In this document: positions 38,901 to 47,411 of the stretch, one piece after another
Layout: each line of letters opens with the position of its first letter
Position numbering within the stretch: position 1 is the first letter of the stretch
Source: Asterias rubens
Taxonomy: Eukaryota
Assembly: GCF_902459465.1 (NCBI RefSeq)
Contig: NC_047079.1
Span: 8,618,001-8,682,000, forward strand
Reading direction: 5' to 3'
DNA length: 64,000 nucleotides
The notes under the pieces: generated by a model
What the model was told of the DNA's origin: nothing
Database searches by the model: none
The model's input: the letters and a program-made list of their open reading frames with translations, nothing else
Position numbers and translations under genes: made by a program

Positions 38901-41900
38901 TTCACATCATTAAGAAGAGTTGTTAGTTTCTTTTTTCATATATATTTTTTTTATCACCACTGTATGTTTGTCTTTGCCATGGTTGGCAGATACTGGGTGT
39001 AAAGATCTGTTTATTGTTAGTATGAATTTGTGTATTTGTGTTCCCATTTTAGTTGGTAAATTCTTAGTTCTTACTCTACTCCATCTTCTTTCTCCCTTTC
39101 ATACCTGCCTCCAGGTGTAGACGACGTGTTTGTCTTTGTCAACACTTTCCTCCAGGCAGACCACTACAAGGACCCCATCCAGCGGATGGCACACACCATT
39201 AAAACGGCAGGCATAGCAACCTTCTTTACTTCATTCACGACTGCCGGAGCCTTCGCTGCAAACATCGCCTCTCAGGTGAGTCTCTTTGGGTAGCTTAAAG
39301 GGACACGTTGCCTTGGATGGGGGCGAGTGAGTCTGTGAAATGCATTTGGAATTGCTTGTTATGAAATGCAACTGTTAGAAAGATGTTTTAAAAGTAGAAT
39401 ATAATGATCTTAAACATTGCAAGGTTTTCCTTATCTGTCATGAACTAACATGACGCGCAAATTTGTGGAGTCAATTTTTTACTCCACTAAATGAACGACC
39501 ATGTTAATTCGCAAAGGTGGCTTTACGTCCCATCTGAAACGAAGCAATGGTCAAGCGTCTTGCTTAAGGACACAAGTGTCACGACTGGGACTCAAGAACC
39601 CACACTCTGCTGATCCGAAACACGAGGGCCCAGTGTCATGACTCTGCTAAACAGAGCCATGACATTGGGCTCACAGCTCCAGTCTGGTGCTCTGCTAAAC
39701 AGAGCCATGACACTGGGCTCACAGCTAGAGTCTGGTGCTCTGCTAAACAGAGCCATGACATTGGGCTCACAGCTAGAGTCTGGTGCTCTGCTAAACAGAT
39801 CCATGACATTGGGCTCACAGCTCGAGTCTGGTTCTCTTAACTGCTCAGCACGCCAGACGTTATTAATGGTCCTCTCTCTCTTCATGACAGATACCAGCCA
39901 TCAATGACTTTGGCCTGTTCATGTGTCTAATCGTCAGCTTCTGTTGGCTTCTAGTCGTCCTTATCATGCCATGTGCTCTTACTCTCTGGCATCGTTGCTT
40001 CCATTGTGAAGCCTTTATGTAAGTACAAAGACTTGTTGATGTTTTGGGGTTTTTGTTTTTGTTTTTATTATTATAAATGATTTTGGGTTGAACAAAGAAA
40101 AATTTACTAGAGCGGGATTTGAACCAACGACCTCCGGTTTAACGTGCCGGCGCTCTACCAACTGAGCTATCTAGCCCTATGTTGGCGGTCTCCCTATTTT
40201 ATTATTGATACATCCAACAACATAATGTTTACAAAAGTTTCTGTACAGTTGTCGGTATTTGTATTTCAGATTTGGTCGGTGTGTACGAGGTAAAAACGAC
40301 CCTGCAGCCGCAATGGCAAACCTGTCCCGCGTTCTAGCACGCCATGAGAGGCAAGCCACCCAGCAGCTAGCTTCGGAAGAGGGTGGGGATGAACAGAGCA
40401 GCCAGGAGGGAGGTAGGGAGGAGGGAAGCGGTCTGAGGGCGACTCGAGGAGATGACAACGATATACCCCTGCTGGACCTAGAGGAATTAAACAACACTCA
40501 GAGTAAGAGAGTAGAGGCAACACTGTTAATGATAATAATAATATTAATAATAGATTTTTATGTAGCGCTTCTGACATTATTACCCATATTCACTGGGCAA
40601 TATTCATTCCTTAAACCATCTTAGCTCCTGGGGAGTACTCAGCCGGTTCTGAGAGTTACCGCACTCCAAGCTTTAATCGTGTACATAAACCGTGTCTGCC
40701 CTCACAGGTACCACTTTTACCCCTGGGTGGAAAAAAGTTGGTGATTAATTAAGTGTCTTGCCCAAGGACACAAGTATCATGACCAGGATTCAAACCCACA
40801 TCCCGATGACTGAACCACCAGAACTTGAGTCTGATGCTCTTATCCGCTACACCACAACACCCCACTGTTTTGAAGAGCAGAACTCAATCCACACAAATGA
40901 TTCAACTACCATATCATACCGCATCTCTTTGGAGCTTTGCCAATTATCATTAGGCTGCTTCAGGACGGTTTGTTCTGCGCACACACACTTCCAACTTGGT
41001 TTGTAAGCTGTAACGTTCCTTTAAATAAACTAAATTTTCCATTTGTTTTGACAGACCTTTTGATTGAAGACGATGAACCTCTTATTCTAACCAATGACGA
41101 TGAGGTTCTCTCGTCTTTTCCTTCCGCGTCTACTCCTACTAAGCAGACTCGTGGTATTACCAAGACACTCCAAAGTATCCTCTATAACTGTGTTGCTACC
41201 CCTGTCATTAAAGGACGATGGATTGTGGTCCGTAAGTATTAGAACCTTTTCAATTCAATACAATTCAATTCAATAACTACAGTACTACAGAGGGAGCCAT
41301 TTCTCACAGTGTTTTCCACAGCTCTTCGTTGCTCGTTACCAAGTCAGTTTTTATGCTAACAATTATTTGGAGTTATTACCAATAGTGACCAGTGCCTTTA
41401 AACAGTGTTACATCATCTGCATGTATCTTGCTTTTTTCATGTAATTTCGCCTTTTCATCTTGAGTGTAATTTGGTATGATCTTTGTAGTTGGTTATCTGG
41501 TCATCTTTGGCGTCTCCCTGGGCCTGGTTGTCCAAATCAACCCTGCCAATCGACCTCCCGCCCTCTACAACCCGGACACAAACCTCCAACAGCTCTTGGA
41601 CTTGGCATACAACTTCAGCGGTTCGGATATCGCCTGTCGGTCCTGCTCAGGATTCTCGTCTAACGGGGCGCCCAGTCCCCATGGCAACGGCCCGGTGACA
41701 TTGCCAGTGGTGATTCCAGTCCCGACAAGACGCCCTCCGTCATCGGCACCCCAACACGGTGGTGTCATCACTACGACAACAAAGGTGATGATAACAGCGG
41801 ATTCCCAAACGTGTTTTTGTCAGTCCACTGATGTTCACCTTCTCTGATTGACAAGTCCACTATAAGTCCACTAAAATAAAACTCCACTAGTGTTCACCTT

Positions 41901-44900
41901 CTCTGATTGACAAGTCCACTATAAGTCCACTAAAATAAAACTCCACTAGTGTTCACCTTCTCTAATTGACAAGTCCACTATAAGTCCACTAAAATAAAAC
42001 TCCACTAGTGTTCACCTTCTCTGATTGACAAGTCCACTATAAGTCCACTAAAATAAAACTCCACTAGTGTTTACCTTCTCTGATTGACAAGTCCACTATA
42101 AGTCCACTAAAATAAAACTCCACTAGTGTTCACCTTCTCTGATTGACAAGTCCACTATAAGTCCACTAAAATAAAACTCCACTAGTGTTCACCTTCTCTG
42201 ATTGACAAGTCCACTATAAGTCCACTAAAATAAAACTCCACTAATGTTCACCTTCTCTGATTGACAAGTCCACTATAAGTCCACCAAAATAAAACTCCAC
42301 TAGTGTTTACCATCTCTGATTGACAAGTCCACTATAAGTCCACTAAAATAAAACTCCACTAGTGTTCACCCTCTCTGATTGACAAGTCCACTATAAGTCC
42401 ACTAAAATAAAACTCCACTAGTGTTTACCATCTCTGATTGACAAGTCCTTTAAATCCACTGGTTAACACTTTTAAGTAAGGTTAAAACCTAATTTTCACC
42501 TTTTCTGATCCACAAGTCCTCTGAATAAAACTCAACTAATTTTCACTTTCTCTGATCAAAAAGTCCACTAAGTCAGAATAAAAGTAATTTTTACCTTTTT
42601 GGATTCACTAGTTCTCTGCATAAAACTCAACACACTTTTACATTTCCACTTACTGATATTCACCTTCTGACTAAAAACAATTTTCCATGATATGTGCAAA
42701 CCCAATATTTTTAGTGCCATTAACCTATACTAATTCAAGCGTAATCCACTGGTTTTCACCTTAGGTGACCCCACGTCCCCCAGCTGACACCCTCTCTCCT
42801 GACATCTCAAATCCACCTGGTGTTTCTTTTGGATTGACCACAGAGCTTGGACAAGTCATTACTGCTGCACTTACAGTAGGCATCCGTAAGTTGAAGATCA
42901 ATCGTCACCAAAGTCAATACACCTTTATCATGCTGTCACCATCTTGGTCATGATCCCTGTTTCCAATAACAGTAATGAATGCTAAAATTCGTTGCGCAAA
43001 CATGGCACCAGACTATTATTTCGTCCTGCCTCAGTTTGGTTACAATGAGTTGGAATGGGGTACAATCAAGACGGCCACACCGTGATAGAGGTCTATACTA
43101 TTGAGTCACTGTGGGTTAAGTGGTTAAACTGCAAGACTTGCAATCACAATTTTGTGGGTTAGAGTCTCACCAAGCTAACACAGCTGATTTCACTATGGCT
43201 AGAATAAATATTGTCTAGTTACTGAATCTCAATTTCTTGATTTTTGCAATTCATAATCATGGGTGACCTTACTCTATGGTTAAACCAATGTTTGTATGAG
43301 GGAGATTGGCTGTTGCCAGCTTGGTGTTTATATCCCCTTTTATGTGGGAGTTTACCAGGTTCCCTTGATCATCTCAACAAACAAACTAAATAACCAATTG
43401 TATACTGTCTTGCCTTATATTCTACTACCGCGGAGTAGGCTTCTCAAAGTTCTGAAAAAACTTTTCTGCTTGTTAACTAATACCTGGACAAAAAGTAGAA
43501 AATAGGCCTGGACTACAACTCACTACCGCGGAGTAAGTTCTTAATTTGGTCTCAACATTTTGACTACCTGGTAATCCAAATAAATCTTGATACATACCTC
43601 AAATCTTCTGTTGATATTCTTGTTAAAGGGCTAACATGTGCCGAAGTTGGCCCAACCTGTGAGTTCGGTAGTACTTGTGATGAGGGTGACGCTACATCGG
43701 AACCAGTCTGTCGATGTATCTTCCACTGTACCACTGACTCTTATCCTGTGTGTGGCAGCAACGGACAGACCTACATTAACCTCTGTGATCTACGGGCGAG
43801 TGGATGTATCAACAAACAGATTATTCATCAAGCTCACTCGGGAGCCTGCGACAGTACGTTTCTTCCAATTTCCTGTTCGTTTGTTTTTTGTTTTTTGTTT
43901 TTTGAGGGGAGGGGGGTTGCTTATCAGAGCATGTGATATAAGGGACTTGTAACACACTTTTACTGATAGTTTCCCAGTTTCCGTTGGAAAAGTCAAACAC
44001 TTTCGATCTCAGAAATTTACTCAACTATGTGACAATATGAAGCAATATTGTTACTTTATTGATTGAAAATATTCACAAGATAACTTGGCTAACAAAAACC
44101 AATGCTGTATTAACCCTAGGATAAATTCTTTACCTAAAACTTTCCTGATAATCTTTTCAAGTTATGTTTTAAAATGGCTTTGATTTTAGATTCGCCTTCA
44201 CCGGACAGTGGCCATCCAGACACACACGGGCAAACCACCAGACCCAGCAGCCAAGGTGGGGCTAGCTACCCCCAGGGTGGGGATACCTCCCAAGGGGGTG
44301 GGGAGGAACATGCAAACTCACCACACTCCGGTTTCAACCCTTGTGCGGGGGGTTCTTGTGGGAAACCTGCGGTCCGGCCGGCACTGGACAACCTCGCGTT
44401 GGTCTACGTGGTGTTTGGGATCGACCACATTGATATGAGTGAGGTATCAACAGAGCATGTTGTAGCTGAGGAGGAGGTGAGTGTGGAACTGTGGGGAATC
44501 GAACCTGAAACCCACGGTTTTCTTGTGGTGATTTGTAGCGTGTCCTGGCCATCGGATATAGATTGTCAAACTCAAATACTGATGGCCTAGTGTTGGTTCA
44601 TATTTTGGTGGTGAACACCATTGGAACTGCTGGGAATCGAACCTGAATCCCACAGTTTTCTTGTGGTGTTTTGTAGCATATCGTGGCCATGGGGTCTAGA
44701 TAGTCAAACTGAAATACTGATGGCTGATTGTTGGTTTATCTTGGTGGTGGTGAACACCTGTAGAACCTTGAGCCTTGAACTGTGGGGAATCGAACCTCAA
44801 ACCCAAGGTTTTCTTGTGGTGTTATGTAGCGTGTCTTAATCGGGAGCTCCATCTATCTATTTAAAATGTACATTGTATCATTATATTTCAGGGGCAAGTC

Positions 44901-47380
44901 GTTTACGATAACGACTTCAACATCCTGAGTGAAGACACCCTAAGAGCGTTGTGTAAGATCTGCAAGAATGTAGCCGCTAGAACGGAGCTGGTTGAAGAGG
45001 GTGGAGCGCAGTGCTTCCCTGATGGTAAACAACAATAACAACAACAACCAACAAACAAATTTGTGTGGTTTACTTTTTTAGAAATCTTGTTATGCTCTTT
45101 GAATGTTTCCCACTCCTGTTTTGGTGCTATTTTAATTTGTACAGCGCCTTGGGCTTAGGTCATGGATGTAAGGCGCTTTATAATTACAACTATTTTATAT
45201 TATACTATTATTAATTTTTTTTTTTCCGATCTCCTCACCAGCTTTCTCCAGTTACGTCAACGCAATCAAGATCAAGTATGAAGAGTGTAGAGATCTGCCG
45301 GTACCCAACCTTCTGGCTGGTACCCGCTCCAAGAGCCTTGTATACAAGAGTGGCAGCAGGGTTGTCTGGTTTGCAATGGCTTTCCAATCGGTACGTTGAA
45401 AAGTTAAAACGATCGTATAAACTAAGGTAGTCGTCCCAGCCAATTTGCTTATACCTTCCGCCCATGTAGTAGTTAAATAGCAGGACAGTTCTATTCAGAA
45501 CTGAGAAGTCTCCCAAAAAATCTGATAAATCTACTCCGCGGTAGTAGAATAAAGAAAGACAGTTCTCCAAAGAACAAACACTACCTGGCACAGAGTAAAT
45601 ACACACTTGGTAATAAGTGCAAAAAGATAATTTATCATTAAATATTTAAAAAAAAAATTAAACAAATGATCTACCAGAAGACTGTTCATATAATGTTAAC
45701 ATCTTAAAATTGTTAATATTATTTTTTCCTCTTGTACTCTTTTAGAAAACCTTTATGGGTCAGTCGTCCTTTGAGTCCTACAAGGATTATAATAAATGGG
45801 AGGAAGTGATGAAGGATGAGGTTGATGGTTTGACGGAGGAGGAGAAGGTCGGCCTCAAGACGATGTTCCAGACCAGCTCCTACTGGAAGCAGATCTTCAT
45901 GGAGATTGTTGGTACGTTGGATATTTTATAATAATAAACAAAATGCAAGGTATTTTGATACCCACTCTTATTTGTAATTCGTGTTTACAAAAAAATGAAA
46001 CTATAAAAAAACTAGTTAATGGCCTAACGTTTTGACCCTAGCAGACTCTTTCTCGAAGGCTTGCATTTATACCCTGTGTCTTTTTGTTTGGTAAGTTGTT
46101 TGCAACAGCACCCTAAACGTCAAGATCCTCAGCATCTGACATACATGAACAGATTATAAAATATAAATATAGATGTAATATAGATAACAAGTAGAGCTAA
46201 ATGCAATGCAACAGTTAGAGATAAAAGGTTAAAGACTTGCAAAAGGAAAAAAGTAGTTAATGGCCTGACGTTTCGACCCTAGCAGAGTCTTTCTCGAAGG
46301 CTAAAATAAGACTTTAATAATTAATACCATGGACTTGTCCATGTCCCTCACATAGGTGTGACCAGTGCAATATACGGTGTGGCCTTCTCACTGCTGGTAT
46401 GCGTGGTAGCCGTTGTTATCTTCACAGCTCATATTGGCATTCTACTCATTGCTTTCTTAACCATTGGAGGTAAGTTCCAGCTTAGCTTAAGTGTTTTCAA
46501 TTTTATGTACAGGTAATTTGTTGATGAAAAGAGCCCTACCTGCTCATTTTGTAATTTAGCTTTCTCTTCTGACAACATTTTGTATTATTCATTTTGAACT
46601 ACTGTGATTTTTGTATCATTGGTGGAAGTGTCGTGGCCGAGCGGTTAAGAGCACCCAATTCAAACTCTGGTGTTTCTGATCAGCAGAGTGTGGGTTCGAA
46701 TCCCCAGCCATGACACTTGTGTCCTTAAGCAAGACACATAACCATTGCTTCGTCCTTCGGATGGGACGTAAAGCCGTTGGTCCCATGTGTTGTGTAAACG
46801 CATGTAAAAGAACCCAGTGCACTTATCGAAAAGAGAAGGGGTTCGCCCCTGTGTTCCTGGCTGGACTGGCAGCATATTGCGCCACAGCACCTTGTAAACC
46901 ATTACATGGTGCTTAAGGATTAGGTCTTATATCTCAAAATTCGCCCCACTCCTTGCAGTAATAATACCTGGCGCTTTGTATCCTTTGGCAAAAGGCGAGT
47001 TATAAATACGGTTAATATTATTATTATTATTATTATCATTATTGATTATTGTATGTTATGCATAAATTGGGATACACCAAGTGAGAATACTGGTCTTTGA
47101 CAATTTCCAAAGGTGTGCAGTGTCTTTAATTGATGATGATGTTCGATTCTTCCGCAGGTGTAATCTTAGTTGTCATCAGCATGTTTTATCTTCTTGGATG
47201 GGAGATGGGTGCTGTAGAAGCCGTCTCTCTCTCTATCCTAGTCGGGTCCTCGGTAGATTACTGTATTCATCTCATCGAAGGATACTTAGTGGCAGGAGAC
47301 AGGGTACCAGACAGCTCCAAAAAGGTAGAGTAGTAATAAGTCAACCATTTAGAGACCATTCAATCCAGACATTGTTAATG

Positions 47381-47411
<31 letters not shown>

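Noticed and set aside
40105-40175. Functional tRNA-Asn gene
   Set aside because: Three stem mismatches, non-canonical A32/C33 anticodon loop, and a body unlike tRNA-Asn; recorded as tRNA-like instead.
41831-42448. CRISPR-like array
   Set aside because: Units abut directly with no unique spacers, there are no cas genes, and the context is a eukaryotic intron.
44334-44653. Minus-strand ORFs over exon 14 and the following repeat
   Set aside because: Antisense to a confirmed exon and to tandem repeat units.
45235-45606. 123-aa minus-strand ORF as a nested antisense gene
   Set aside because: It is the antisense shadow of DISP3 exon 16 (45242-45390), whose plus-strand frame matches DISP3; the rest lies in a repeat.
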